Shown: positions 19,944 to 36,150, counted from the stretch's first letter. The stretch is DNA of 64,000 bases from the human T2T-CHM13v2.0 reference genome, Homo sapiens (GCF_009914755.1 NC_060926.1), one strand, 5' to 3'. Numbers and translations are program-made. The notes: generated by a model not told the origin, from the letters alone.

Positions 19944-20778
19944 CCTCATTTTAGATGTCTGTTTGAATTGTAGTCTTGCTTGAAAAATAATGTTGTGTTA
20001 GCTAGTTAATTCAGTCTCATCTGATATCAAAAATTTGAAATTAGTCTGAGAAATCTGCTTTCGAAATACAAGTGCCCTATTTTATTTTGTAGATGTTTCC
20101 AGATTTACTGAGTAGTTTATCTTTAATTAATGTCAGTAATGAATTTAAAATTGGGAAAAATCAAGCAAAAATGACAGGCAATAAAAATATAACTCTGAAA
20201 TATCATTTATTATAACTATTATGGAGAGATATTTTGATAAAGTTTGCATGCAATAAAATGTGAATCTTGTATAGCAGATACCAGAACACCAGTGAAATTT
20301 TGGGATTTCAAGAGGGGATTAGTTAATGATGACTTGAAAATGTATTCTAGCAAGTACCAAAGTGCCTTATGACAAATTGATCAGTATGAAGTAGTAATTA
20401 TTATGTTCCACAACTCTGGAGCCTACTAAACTAACAAATGTAACTTTCTCCCACAGAACCCAGAACAGCAAGATTTTAGGAATTATTGGAAAAGCATTTT
20501 TTGAACTGTGTGTTCATCTTAAAAGCCAAATTCTCCCTCCCTTCAAAGGACAGCATGAGGTAAACTATTATATCAGGCTGGAAGAAGACATAATGCTTTT
20601 CTCAAAGTGTAAAGTGGGTCTACTGAGGTCTGGTGAACCAAAGCAATATAAAAACTTTCCTGCTTCAACTCAGAGAAATCTAACTCAGGTATTCTTTGCC
20701 AAAAGGTAATAAAATAGTGTTAGTCACCAAGCCTCAAAGGAGGAGGGAACTGGGTAGTATATAATGGGGTGTAGGTGC

Positions 20779-20781
<3 letters not shown>

Positions 20782-20826
<45 letters not shown>
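20782..20826. repeat. (TG)n microsatellite
   Basis: About 22 uninterrupted TG units. Confidence 0.95.
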
Positions 20827-20829
<3 letters not shown>

Positions 20830-20916
20830 TGCATATATGGTGTTATAACTAAATGAAAATAGGTAACTCTTGGTCTAGAGAGTAGGAATTTCCTAAATAG
20901 TAGTACTATCTTGTAA

Positions 20917-21210
20917 CTTTTTTTTTTTTTGAGACAGAATCTCACTCTGTTGCCCAGACTGGAGTGCAGTGGTGTGATCTTGGCTCACTGCAACCTCTAC
21001 GTCCTGGGTTCATGCCATTGTCCTGCCTCAGCCTCTCCAGTAGGTGGGACTACAATCGCCCGCCACCACGCCCAGCTAATGTTTCGTATTTTTAGTAGAG
21101 ACGGGGTTTCACCGTGTTGGCCAGGATGGTCTCGATCTCCTGACCTTGTGATCCGCCTGCCTTGGCCTCCCAAAGTGCTGGGATTACAGACGTGAGCCAC
21201 TGCAACTGGC
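20917..21210 (-). mobile_element. AluSc-like SINE
   Basis: Antisense Alu dimer. Confidence 0.93.
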
Positions 21211-22752
21211 AGAAAAGTACCTATTTTTGTAATGATTCTTTATATTTTGTAACTCAGAGATTTCACTAAGTTAGAGTATCTTTCCTCTTTAGTCAAGGTT
21301 TATTAATGAGAATGTTGTTAAACTATAAGATTAGTTCAACAGGAATGGCTTTTAACTTGGTCAGACACATACTCATTGTATTTCATATGTAGTATTCAGA
21401 TAAGAACGAGTGTACAGATATTTGTATGTACCACAAAATTAGATTATGAGTTATCTGCTGTATTAAAAAGAAGTGTATATCAGTGATTACTGGCTTTATC
21501 TGGACAAATTAAGCCTGCCTGGAGTTTTTCTAACAATAAGATCTGTTAATTAGCTCAGCTCCACACAGCTTGGTTAAGCTTGCAAATAATAGACTTATTG
21601 CCCATTGACTCCGTCCTGTTCTAATTCAGAAAGAGAGCTGTCTCAGATCCTAGAATCAGAAAATCATTACCTAAAGAGACTTATTTTGACTTTCAATCCA
21701 AAGAGTTTGATGGATTCCAAACATTTTTGCCAGTGTTCTTAACTTACCTGGCCAGAATGGAAAAGGGTTTGGATGATGCAGGCATCCCATCATCACCCTT
21801 GAGAAAATCTTTGGAGTCCTTCTGGTTAAGAGGAGAAAGCCAAGATTTTTCAGGCTGTGGATGAGTTAAGAAGCATTATCCCATGGTCTCCTGTGGTCAT
21901 CTCCCAAATCCTATTTTGTGTCTCATAGAGCCCTTGGAAAGATTTCTGTGCTGGCTCTCCCCCTTCCACATTTGTGTGCTGTAGTCCTCCTACCTTCCCT
22001 GGTTGCAAGCAGTTGGAGTTTTGTTCTCCCTACTGTGTGGGGACTGGCATAGCTCTGCTTCCATGAGGAAGAGGCCCAGGGTCTCTCCTGCAGCTACTGC
22101 ATGCCTGGAACATAGACTCCAGCCCAGGCTCACTGACCTCCTAAGTGTGTGTGTGTCTGTGTCTGTGGTAATTCTCTACCTCTATTCTATAGGGATATGA
22201 CATCAGTGCTTAGGACCTAACACAGTGTCTTAGGCTGAAGGAAAACATCTACAATTCATTATTATGTGGAATGGTAGATCATCTGAAATCCACATGCAGC
22301 CATTGCTCCTATAGCTCCAGCTTTCATAATGCAAATTGATTATAACAGGATTGAATCATCAAAGGGCGCAATTTGTATTCTGAGGACCAGCATATGTTAT
22401 AACTTGAACATACCTGGAAATGAACATTATTGCTGGAGGAAGGGGATATGGTAGAGGTGTCAAGTGCTTCCTTTGAATAGGTCTTTGCTTTGTTTTTCAC
22501 AATGACTGGACAATGAGAAAATGAGAAAGTAGAGAAAGCTTGTGCTGATGGGTAGCTCACAGTTGGGAAAAGGAATGACTTTCATGTGGCCCTCAGCTAG
22601 ATGTAGTCAAGGGCAGCAACATGCACTCAGCTATTTGGATTATATAAGCTGTGAAAAAACACTCCTGCTAGAAAAGTGAAGCTTATATTAATAGCTTGAA
22701 GCCCTCTATCCCCTAGTCTTGCTGATGTTCATTTAAAAACAGAATGCACTCA

Positions 22753-23092
<340 letters not shown>

Positions 23093-23476
23093 CTACTATG
23101 TGCCAGGCCCCAGGGACATACTGTTGAGCAAAATTAATTGTATTCAAATACAGTTTTTGTTAATGCATGCCATTTTAGGACGTTAAGTATATTTAGGAAC
23201 AGGAGGTTGTTTGGAGGCCACCATTCTCTCACAACAGCAAAACAGACTATGTTTCGAATTTGGAAACTCCCCAAATGCACTCTGGATCTCCTATATTTTC
23301 TTTTTTTTTCCTTTCTCTACTTTTAATGGACGCAGCTTGACAAGCATTAACTGAGTACTCACCATGGTCTGGAACCCTTAAAAAATCTGGGGAGAAGGAG
23401 ATAAAGATGGTCCAGTTCTTAGTTTTATGGAGCTCACAGTCTATCAGGCATTATTTAATGAAGAAATAATGAATTG

Positions 23477-23904
<428 letters not shown>

Positions 23905-24849
23905 TTACAGAGCCAGGAAAGTGTGAAGAAGTCTCACCAAAGCAAATGAGATAATAATATCTAACTTACAGGTTTGTTTTCGGAATCGAGTGAGATACTC
24001 TATAACACTCAGCACATGATAATCCTACACTTATGCTAGTTACTATGATGATGACAGGTTAACCTTGTTTCTTATTATTCTTGGACTAAATACATTTTAT
24101 CTTAAAACTATCTCAATACTCTTAGACTACTGAACTACTGTCTAATTTCTTCTTAATCTCTCTCTAAAACTTCCTCCTTCTCTATTTTTTTCTCTCACTC
24201 TAGAATACTTCTCTATCAACTTGACTAAATTAAAGCAAAAGACTCAAGGCAGGGCTGAAGTGGAAAGTGGAATTGGGAAAACGAAGGCAAATGGAAATTA
24301 GAATATTACAATTCTACATGCATCTTTGATTATCCACAGAAATTGGAAATCATATAAGGAAATTGAGATGTTTCTCTTCTGCTGTATCTGACAATAATAT
24401 CTGCCACTGGGGACTGGACTGTGTTTTCCAGTCCACAAATGGAAAACTTGGGACACATCATTCTCAGCATGTTCATAGTATTTGAGTGGGAAGGCTACAG
24501 CTAGATTTAGAATAATAGAATTAATTTGTACTTACAAGAGTTTTGTAGAAAGGTACTTAGTATAATTTCCAAATGTAATATATAAAATATATTTTTCTGG
24601 AGGTAAACAATCTCGGGATAGTGATGCACTGTGTGCATGTAAGTAAATACCATCTTTGAAAAGTATTTAGGGCATTAACAAACTGCATGAAAATGAGCAA
24701 ACATAGTTACAGTCTTACTCTATGACATTTAGTATCGTTTTTCTAAAACATTGAAAATAAGTAAGAGGCAATGTTGTATAAATGTTAAGAGAGCAAAGTC
24801 TATCACTAGTTATGTGACCTTGAAGCATCAGATTCTTAAACCCTAAAAG

Positions 24850-25384
24850 TGAGAGGTGAAGCCAGCTGGACTTCCTGGGTTGAGTGGGGACTTGGAGAAC
24901 TTTTCTCTTACAAGAGGATTGTAAAATGCACCAGTCAGCACTCTGCAAAATGCATCAATCAGCACTCTGTAAAATGTACCAATCAGCATTCTGCAAAATG
25001 CACCAATCGGCGCTCTGTAAAACGCACCAGTCAGCGGTCTATAAAACGCACCAATCAGCGCTCTGTAAAATGCACCAATCAGCAGGAGTCTAAAGGTAGC
25101 CAATTGTGGGAAGGACTGAATAAAGGGCACTCTGATAGGACAGAAACAGAACATGGGAAGGGACAAATAAGGGAATAAAACTGGCCACCCCAGCCGGCAG
25201 TGGCAACCCACTTGGGTGCCGTGAAAGCTTTGTTCTTTCGGTCTTCACAGTAGATCTTGCTGCTGCTCACTTTTTGGGTCTGTGCCATCTTTAAGAGTTG
25301 TAACACTCACCTCAAAGGTCTGCAGCTCCATTCTTGAAGTCAAGGAGACCACGAACCCCCCAGAAGGAACCAACTCTGGACACA
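24850..25384 (+). mobile_element. LTR12-family (ERV9; LTR12F-like) solo LTR inserted in a MIR
   Basis: TGAGAGGTGAAGCCAGCTGG...GGACACA termini; 4-bp TSD AAAG. Confidence 0.9.
24922..25086 (+). repeat. 24-bp tandem repeat x7 within the LTR12 U3 region (CCAAT/NF-Y array)
   Basis: Unit taaaatgcaccaatcagcactctg; 4 of the 7 units keep an intact CCAAT. Confidence 0.92.
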
Positions 25385-26661
25385 AAAGGAAAGGAATAGC
25401 AGTTATGTCTCAGGGTTTTTTGAGGATCAAACTGGAAAATGCTGTCAACTATAGTTATTAGTATACAGTAAGTGCTCAGCAGATTTTAGTTGTCATCAAA
25501 TTATGTAGCATCTATCATTATCAAGTAACATCTGAACATGATGTGGACCATTCATATCCTAAAGACATAGGTGTTACCTTGTTATAATAATGCTCTGTTT
25601 CACTTTTCAGTGTTTTTGAGGATAAGGAAAATAAGTATGGTAATGTTTCTGTATGACTTTTTAGTTTAAGAAACCCTTTGCTTTATGGATTTCTGGATGT
25701 GTTCCAGGACTTGGGGACTGGGGACGTGGCTTTTCCCATTACTTCTGCCACAAAAGTCTTACCTGGCACTCAACCTAATTTAAATGTACTAGGTGGGTCC
25801 TGGCCCTGTAGCTCATTTGGGTCTGTTATAAAATCAACACTCCCTCTGCAACTCAGGCAGTCTGCCTCAGAGGAGACGAAGCCAGCAGAAATGCATGCTG
25901 CCTGCCAATGTGGGGCTTGTCTTGGAGTCTGAACAGAAGGAAACTTCTCTATGTTTGTGCCAGGTTTTAGTGGTAGCATTTTGGGTCATGTTGTACAAAC
26001 GTGACACTTAGGATCTGAGTTGGAAATCCATGCTCTTAGACTCTGCCACACCTGCCTGCCTTCCCAGGTGGTTGGAGGAGTTGAGAGACCTGGTTAGTTT
26101 TATTCTTTATATATGAGTTTGTATTCTACAGGAAAGAAGCTTCTAGAAGTGCCACTTCCAGAAGTAAGCAGCCAGAAGCGTAGGAGGAAAAGGAATAAAT
26201 CTTGATCAATGTATTGAAAATTATTGATCTCTGAGGACTTTGTTGTTATTGTTTCAGATTGGCCTGGCGAAATGTGCAGAATGCCTTAAAGCTTCTATTC
26301 ATCTTTCATCTGTTAATTAGCTGTTACCCTGCCTGCATGTATTATGATCAGTGCTGTCATCCTCTGTTTCACAAGGACATGGAGTGAATAGTGTTAGGGG
26401 CCCTAAGTGCTCATAAGAGTGGAGCTCTAGCCTATACTATGTGATGCGATGGAGCAGCTGGTGAGATGTGGTGAAAGTTTAAGCAGCATTTTTCCAACAC
26501 AGGCCCTCTGACATTTTAATTTGTCTACGTGCCGATTCTGAGTCAGTAATTTTGACTAAATTGACTTATCAAGTCATTAAAAAATCAGTTACACATAGTT
26601 TTTGTTTATTTCATGGCTCTCTGAATCAGCTAAGTCGATTGTCTTATTACAAAGTAAAATG

Positions 26662-27048
<387 letters not shown>

Positions 27049-27073
27049 TCAAATATGGGATTTATGCTTGCAT

Positions 27074-27177
27074 CCGGGAGGCGGAGGTTGCAGTGAGCTG
27101 AGATTGCGCCACTGCACTCCAGCCTGGGTGACAGAGTGAGACTCCATTTCAAAAAAAAAAAAAAGAAAAAAGAAAAG
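27074..27177 (+). mobile_element. 5'-truncated Alu (3' end only)
   Basis: ccgggaggcggaggttgcagtgagc...poly-A. Confidence 0.9.
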
Positions 27178-27411
27178 GGATTTAATACGAATGTCACAGG
27201 TCTTAATAAGATAATGTTAATAAGGAAATAAGTGAAAGTGCTTTATAAACTATACAGCCCAGTATGAAAGTAAGGTGTTAGATTTAACAATATGTCATTA
27301 GGCTCATTAGGTTATTTTCTTGAGGCTTTTCCTACTTCATTTCCATTAAATATTCCAATTCATTTGGAGCTTTCAGCACATGCATAGGTTACATTTATTA
27401 CTAAAGCTATG

Positions 27412-27648
27412 TTTTTTTTTTTTTTTTTTTTTTTGAGTCAGGGTCTTATTCTATCACTCAGGCTGGAGTACAGTGGTGTGACCACGGCTCACTGCAGCCT
27501 CGAACTCCTGGGCTCAAGTGATCTACGATCTACCTGCCTTAGCCTCTTGAGTAGCTGGGACCACAGGCACGTGCCAACACATGTGACTAATTTATTTTTC
27601 ATTTGTGGAGATGAGTTCTCACTATGTTACCCAGGCTGCTTCTGGACT
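27412..27648 (-). mobile_element. AluJ fragment
   Basis: Antisense AluJ motifs cactgcagcctcgaactcctgggctcaag. Confidence 0.88.
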
Positions 27649-28807
27649 CTTCAGATACATATCCACAATTACAATTTAACAAACGAGAGTGAGACAGTAA
27701 GACACTTTTTATGTTGTGGGATGGAACCCAGCTGCCAGTTACCTTGACCCTCAAATTCTCATTCTCATCCCCATCTCCATCCCTATCTCCAAAGCGAAGC
27801 TATGTCTCCTTAAAGCTGATATTTTTGGAGCTTTCTTATTCCCCATCCCTATGAATGTGATTTTAAAAAACATTTAGAAAAATTATATGAGCTGTAGTGC
27901 CAAAAAGAAGTCCAGAAATGTAAGACTACTGAACTGACACTATGAATATGTTTATTTCCTTGTGATATTTTTGCTTCATGTTCATAGCTGATAGCAACAG
28001 ATACGTGCAAGTAAGGGTGTGGGACTTGTTTTCAGCTGGCATTCATTCTTAGTGGTTGGTGCCAATGGTACCAATTGTTACAATGTTACACATGTCATTT
28101 GTATCTATATTTAGACTAATAACCTCCCACTCCCCTTCCCTCCCCTGTCATCTAAACAAGCCACCTTATCTTAGCTTCTCCTAGGCCCCTTCTAATAATA
28201 CCAGGTCCCCATCACCAAGGGTGACAGGAATGTGTCAAAGACATCTTTATGCCCTAAAATAAATTTTGAAAAGTTCAAGTTTATTGTTTCACTAAAGAAT
28301 GCAAACCCAGACAACTTCCATGGGAAAATAAACTTTTTTTTCTACTTTTCAAAATAAACCTTCAAGTTGAAAAATCAAACCCTGCCTGTGAGTTAGTGTT
28401 GAAAGTTTATAAAGACAATTATTTTGCAATTAGTGTCTGTAGAACTTGTTGGAATTACAAAGGACAATGACAACTGACTTCTTTATTTTGCAAAACTAAG
28501 GAGGCTAGCGTTTGCCAACGCTTTTTATGTGTACATCTTGTCTAACTGAAGTCTTTTAGTTAATTTTGTCTTAGAGTTCTTTGGTGTCCTTTGTAGTTAC
28601 TGAGAAGCTTGGCTTTAAGCTGCATCCTACTCTTCTGTTCTGCATGTGAATGGCCGGATCCAGAAATATACCTGTGTTTAGATCCAGAAAATATACCTGT
28701 GTCAGAGGTGTATGAACCAGAGCAACTCCATCTTGAATAGGGGCTGGGTAAAATGAGGCTGAGACCTACTGGGCTGCATTCCCAGACAGTTAAAGCATTC
28801 TAAGTCA

Positions 28808-29168
<361 letters not shown>

Positions 29169-29389
29169 AGGTTGCAATAAAGAAGCCAGCCAAAACCCAC
29201 CAAAACCAAGATGGCGATGAGAGTGACCTCTGGTTGTCCTCATTGCTACACTCCCACTAGCACCATGACAGTTGACAAATACCGTGGCAATGTCAGGAAG
29301 TTACCCTATATGGTCTAAAAGGGGAGGCATGAATAATCCACCCCTTATTTAGCATATAATCAAGAAATACCCATAAAAATGGGCAACTA

Positions 29390-29740
<351 letters not shown>

Positions 29741-29895
29741 TTATTCCTCTACTTTCTTAATAAACTTGCTTTCACTTTATGGACTCACACTGAATTTGTT
29801 CTTGTGCAAGATCCGAGAACTCTCTCTTCCAGTCTGGATCCAGACCCCTTTCCAGTAATACTTGTGGTCATTTTGTTTTTCCTGAAAAGGTTACT

Positions 29896-30353
29896 GTAAA
29901 GGGCTGAATAATGGCTCCCAAAGATGTCCAGATACTAATTTCTGGAAACTGTCAATGTTTTTGATACCAAAGGGACCTTCAAGATATGATTTAGTTCAGG
30001 ATCTCAAGATGGAGGAATTATCCTGGAGCATTTGAGTGGCTCTAAAGGTAATCATATGTGTCCTTATAAGAGGATAATGGAAGGAGATGTTACTCAGAAG
30101 AAAAGTAGGAGATGTGACAATGGAAGCGAGAGATTGGAGTGACTCATGGAAAGGGACATGAGTCAAGGAATGTAGGAGGCCCCCAAAAGCTAGAAAAGCA
30201 AGTAAATAAATTCTCCTCTGGAGTCTACAGAAGGAACCAGCCCTGCCAGCCGTTAGACTTCTGACTTCCAGAACTGTGAGAGAATGCATTTGTATTATTC
30301 TAAACCACCAAAAGTGTGATAATTTGTTACAACAGCCATGGGACACTGATACA
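29896..30353 (+). mobile_element. MLT1C/D MaLR solo LTR
   Basis: gctgaataatggctcccaaagatgtcc start; cttctgacttccagaactgtgagagaat...ctgataca end. Confidence 0.85.
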
Positions 30354-30686
30354 GGCAACTTTTCCCTTCCCTTTGGAATCAGTTTCACCACCAGGACCAA
30401 GAGATTTATGTGGGAAATTACGGCACACAGGTAGGCCATTTCCTTGGAGAATGGAGCCTGCCTAGGGAGAGAAAAGAGGCCACATTTGTTGTTTTCCTTA
30501 TGTTCTTTTCTTTCCTCTCATGCAAATTGAGTGCTCAAGGTTTTAGGGTTCCATCGTGGACAGTGCTCTTACCCTTGGAGGACCAAATAGGATCAGAGTG
30601 GTGTCTGGAACAATGCCAGAACTGAGGGCCTGCTTGGGGTTTCTTACCTGTAGCCTTTGAGCATCTGGTAAGATGAAGGCTAAAAA

Positions 30687-30980
30687 GGCTGGGTGCCTGG
30701 CTCATGCCTGTAATCCCAGCACTTTGGGAAGCCGAGGTGGGAGGATTGCTTGAGCTTGAGTTCGAGACTAGCCTGGGCAACATAGTGAGACCCCCATCTC
30801 TACAAAAAATTAAAAAAGTTAGCTGGGCCTGGTGACACATGCCTATAGTCCTAGCTACTAGGGAAGAGGGAGGATTGCTTCAACCCAGACAGGGGAGGAT
30901 GCAGTGATCTGTGTTTGGAGCACTGCACTCCAACCTGAGCAAAAGAGCGAGAACCTGTCTCAAAAAACAAAAGACAAAAA
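30687..30980 (+). mobile_element. AluJ SINE
   Basis: Diverged dimer; TSD aagatgaaggctaaaaa. Confidence 0.92.
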
Positions 30981-31418
30981 GATGAAGGCTAAAAACCTGT
31001 GAGGATATTAAGAAGTGAAAAAGCCACTTACAGGAAAAGCTGACAATTGACAAAAGTTGCAAATGCTGTGTTTGAGGGGAAGCTCTCTTCTGCCTTGCCC
31101 CTGCTGGGCACAATTTTATTAGGACAAAAGCCACAAAGAAAACCAAATCAACATAAAACTCATTAAGTCAGTTTTTTTTAACCGTAATCTTTGTAGTGGA
31201 CTGATTAGTGTCCCCTAAATTCATGTCCACGGGAATCTAAAAGAGTTGAACTCACAGAATCTGAGAGTAGAATGGTGTTACTAGGGACCTACGGACAGGG
31301 GAAAGGTAGTGGAGGAGATGTTGGTCTAAGGATACAAAATTTCAGCTAAACAAGAATCAGTTCAAGAGATCTATTGTGCATCACACGGTGACTATAGTTA
31401 GTAACAGTGTATTCTTAA

Positions 31419-31732
<314 letters not shown>

Positions 31733-31790
31733 CACTGAGAGTAGATTTTAAATGTTGTCACAACAAAAAATAAGTATGTGAGGTAACGCA

Positions 31791-32231
31791 TGTTACCAGA
31801 ACACCAGGGGTTCAGTCTAGGTGCTGCTGCATGGCTCACAGAAAGCCAATGACTGGGATGAGGGGTATGGCCAAGGAAGAAGGCTTATTTGGGTGCTGTG
31901 GCCAAGGACATGGCAGCTCAGTCTCAAATCTATCTCTCTGACTTACTGATACTAGGGGTTTATAGCAAGGAAGAAATGTAACAATGCGTAAGAAAACAGG
32001 AACTAGGGAGGGGAAGGAAGCCATCATGATGAATGGGGATTCCAGCATGTCATTGTCCAGATGTAGTGATCTTATGAGTTTCAGTTTTTTGATACTTTTT
32101 TTTGAGAGGCCTAAAGATCATTTCCTGAGAAAGACAAAACAAATGTAAGTTTCAAGCTTTAAGGCCAGAAGATTCAACTTTCATGTTTATAAATAATAAA
32201 AAAGATCTATGAGAATATCAGGTTGGCTTCC
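31791..32231 (-). mobile_element. ERV1 MER4-group solo LTR (LOR1-like) nested in L1
   Basis: Homologous to 3284-3768 (tgttac...caggggtt...gaaagccaat); L1 consensus resumes afterwards. Confidence 0.8.
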
Positions 32232-32770
32232 CATATGTTAATTAGCTAATTTTAGCCATTTTGCAGCATATACAAATTTTAAAACATGTTTTTACACTAT
32301 ATATGCAGACATTTTTGTTAATTAAAAATAAATTAATTGAAAAAATTCACATCCACCTGGGACCTCAGAATGTCACCTAGTTGGAAATAGGAGGTCTTTG
32401 CAGATGTAATTAGTTAAGGATCTGAACTTGATATCATACTGGATTTAGCGTGGACCTTAATTAAATCCAATGAATGGCATCTTTATAAGAAGAGGGGAGG
32501 GGACACAGACACAGAGAGATGGAGGCCATGTGAAGACAGGCAGAACTGAGAGTGATGTAGCTGCCAGGCAAGCAATGCCAAGGATTGCTGGGAGCCATCA
32601 GAGACTGGGAAGAGGCAGGAAGAATACTTCCTTAGAGCCTTCGTAGGGATCATGGCCCTAACACAAACTTGATTTTGGACTTCTAGCCCTCAGAACTGTG
32701 AGAGAATAAATTTCTTATGGTTTAAGCCACCAATTTGGTGGTAATTTGCTATAGCAGCCCTAGGAAATGA

Positions 32771-33157
<387 letters not shown>

Positions 33158-33467
33158 TAACACTTATGCAATTTATATATACACAATTTGAGAGGACTAT
33201 ATGTGGTCACAATTTGTAAGAGCTTACTTATATTTAAAGTGGGCTTTCTGTAGGTCACATAGTTGCAGCTTTTCTTTTTCTCCAATATGACAATCACTGT
33301 CTTTTAATTGGCCTGTTTAGACTGTTCATATTTAATGTGGTTGTGGATATAGCACCATTATGTTTTATCATATTTGGAATTATTTTCTACTTGTTGCATT
33401 AGTTCTTTTCCCCTCTTTTTCTGGTTTTATTTTACATAATTCAGTTTTATCTTCTCTCTTGGTATCT

Positions 33468-33589
33468 TATATATATATATATGTGTGTATATATGTGTGT
33501 GTATATATATGTGTATATATATGTGTGTATATATGTGTGTATATATATGTGTATATGTGTGTATATATATGTGTATATGTGTGTGTATA

Positions 33590-33606
<17 letters not shown>
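33468..33606. repeat. Compound (TA)/(TG) microsatellite at an Alu tail
   Basis: Directly visible. Confidence 0.95.
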
Positions 33607-33632
<26 letters not shown>

Positions 33633-33921
33633 GAGACGGAGTCTTGCTCTGTTGCCCAGGCTGGAATGCAGTAGCGCAATCTTGGCTCACTGCAAGCTCT
33701 GCCTCCTGGGTTCATGCCATTCTCCTGCCTCAGCTGCCTGAGTAGCTGGGAATACAGGTGCCAGCCACCACACCCAGCTAATTTTTTTTTTTTTTGTATT
33801 TTTAGCAGAGATGGGGTTTCACCATGTTAGCCAGGATGGTCTCGATCTCCTGACCTCGTGATCCACCCGCCTTGGCCTCCCAAAGTGCTGGGATTACAAG
33901 TGTGAGCCACCGCGCCCAGCC
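33607..33921 (-). mobile_element. AluY SINE
   Basis: Antisense AluY with a long poly-T. Confidence 0.95.
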
Positions 33922-34274
33922 TATATTTCTTTTTAAAAAAACATTTTTAGTGATTGCTCTGTGATTTACAATATACTTCTAAGTTCATCTTTAAATAGTA
34001 CTATACCATTTCATGTGTAGTGTAGAGTTTGCACCAGACTGTTCTCAATAACTGTTTCCTGTCCCTCATGATATTGTGATTTATTTTACTTATTCTTATG
34101 CTATAATCACCTAACACATTGTTACTATTATGGCTTTTAGCAGTTGTCTTGTAGATAAATTAAGAAAAATTGTTTTTACTTTTATTCCTTCTCTGATGCT
34201 CTTCTTTTCTTTATGTAGATCCAAGTTTTTTACCTCTTTAAATATCCATCTGCCTCAAAAACTTCTTTTAATAT

Positions 34275-34840
34275 TTTTTGGAGTGTTTGAGTTCTTGGTA
34301 AATTCTGGATATTAGTCCCCTGTTGAATGGATAGTTTGCAAATATTTTTCCCCATTTTGCAGTTTCCTTATTCACTCTTGATTTTTTTCTTTTGCTGTGC
34401 AGAAGCTTTTTAGTTTTAATTAAGTCCCATTTGTCTATTTTTGTCTTTGTTGCCTATGTTTTTGAGGTCTTAGTCATAAATTCTTTGCCTAGGTAATACT
34501 ATTCAGCCATAATAAAGAATGAAATCACATCTTTTGCAGCAAAATAGATGGAACTGGAGGCCATTATTTTAAGTGAAACAACTCAGAAACAAAGACAAAT
34601 ACTGCATCTTCTTGCTTATAAGTTGGAGATAATGTGTACACTTGAACATAAAGTGTAGAATGATAGTCAGTAGAGACTTGGAAAGGTGGGGACTATGGAA
34701 GGGGTGTGGATGAAGAAATTACTTAATGGGTACAATATACGTGATTTGGGTTACACATACACTAAAAGCCCTGACTTTTTTCAGTATATTCATGTGACAA
34801 AATTACACTTATACCCCATACATTTATACAAAGAAAGCTA
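34275..34840. mobile_element. L1MA-type insertion with a 5' inversion
   Basis: Antisense ORF2 segment at about 34275-34493 joined directly to a sense 3' end at about 34494-34840. Confidence 0.8.
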
Positions 34841-34932
34841 AACCAAAACACCAAAACATTAACTGTAGGACAGATTTGCTGGCAATGCATTCTCTGTCTG
34901 AATAGGTGTTTCACTTTTGAAAAATAATTTTA

Positions 34933-35222
34933 GGCCTGATGAGGTGGCTTATGCCTGCAGTCCCAGTACTTTGGGAGGCTGAGGTGGGTGGATGACATGA
35001 GTCCAGGAGTTCGAGATCAGCCTAGACAACATGGTGAAACCCCATGTCTACTAAAAAATGCAAAAAATTAGCCACACATGGGGGCTCATGCCTATAGTCC
35101 CAGCTACTTGGGTGGCTGAGGTGGGAGGATACCTTGAGCCCAGGAGGTCGAGGTTGCAGTTGAGAGCTGATCATGCCACTGCACTTCAGCCTGGGTGACA
35201 GAGTGAGACTCTGTCTCAAAAT
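34933..35222 (+). mobile_element. AluJ SINE
   Basis: Diverged dimer; flanks aataatttt. Confidence 0.92.
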
Positions 35223-35502
35223 AATGACAATGATAATAATAATTTTGTTGAATGTAGAATTCAAGGTTGGTATTTTCTTGTTTAGTTTCAACATTTTAAA
35301 GATTTCACTCCACTTTCTTTTTCTTGTGTGGTTTCTGATGGGAAGTCTACTATGATTTTTATCTTGTTTCCTCTGTAGTTAAGACACTTTATTCTTCTAG
35401 GGTCCTTCAATAATTTCTTTTTGTCTTTGGTTTTCTGCATTTTGACTATGATATGCTTAAGTGTTATCTTTTGATGTATATCTTCGTTTTTAAAAATAAC
35501 TA

Positions 35503-35806
35503 TTTTTTTTTGTTTTGTTTTTTGAGACAGAGTCTTGCTCTGTCGCCCAGGCTGGAGTGCAGTGGCGCGATCTCGGCTCACTGCAAGCTCTGCCTCCCCC
35601 GGGTTCACGCCATTCTCCTGCCTCAGCCTCCCGAGTAGCTGGGACTACAGGCACCCGTCACCACGCCTGGCTAGTTTTTTGTATTTTTAGTAGAAACAGG
35701 GTTTCACCGTGTTAGCCAGTATGGTCTCCATCTCCTGAACTTGTGATCCGCCCATGTTGGCCTCCCAAAGTGCTGGGATTACAGGCGTGAGCCACTGCGC
35801 CCAGCC
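35503..35806 (-). mobile_element. AluY SINE
   Basis: Antisense AluY. Confidence 0.95.
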
Positions 35807-36150
35807 AAAGTAACTTTTTTTTCTTTGAATTTCATAGATCTGTGGTTTGCCATCTGTCATTAATTTTGAGAAGTTGTTTGTCATTGCTACATAAAATATT
35901 CCTTCTGCCCTATTACCTTTTTCTTCTCCTTCTGATATTCTAATTACATGTACATTACTCTTTTTAATGTTGTCTCACAGTTCTTGGATGTTCTGTTCCT
36001 TTTTTTTTCTTCATTCCTTTTTCTTTTGTAATTTCAGTTTGGGAAGTTTCAGAGGACATGTCTTCAAGTTCACTGATTGTTTCCTCAGCAGTGTTGAGTC
36101 TAACGAAGGACCCATTAAAGACATTCTTTACTTTTCTTAATGTGTTTTGA

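Noticed and set aside
24922-25086. CRISPR-like array
   Set aside because: Contiguous 24-bp tandem units with no unique spacers; a normal LTR12 U3 repeat in eukaryotic DNA
33360-33741. Low-complexity YI/HT-repeat ORFs (also 12684..13049 and 55573..55888)
   Set aside because: Translations of microsatellites
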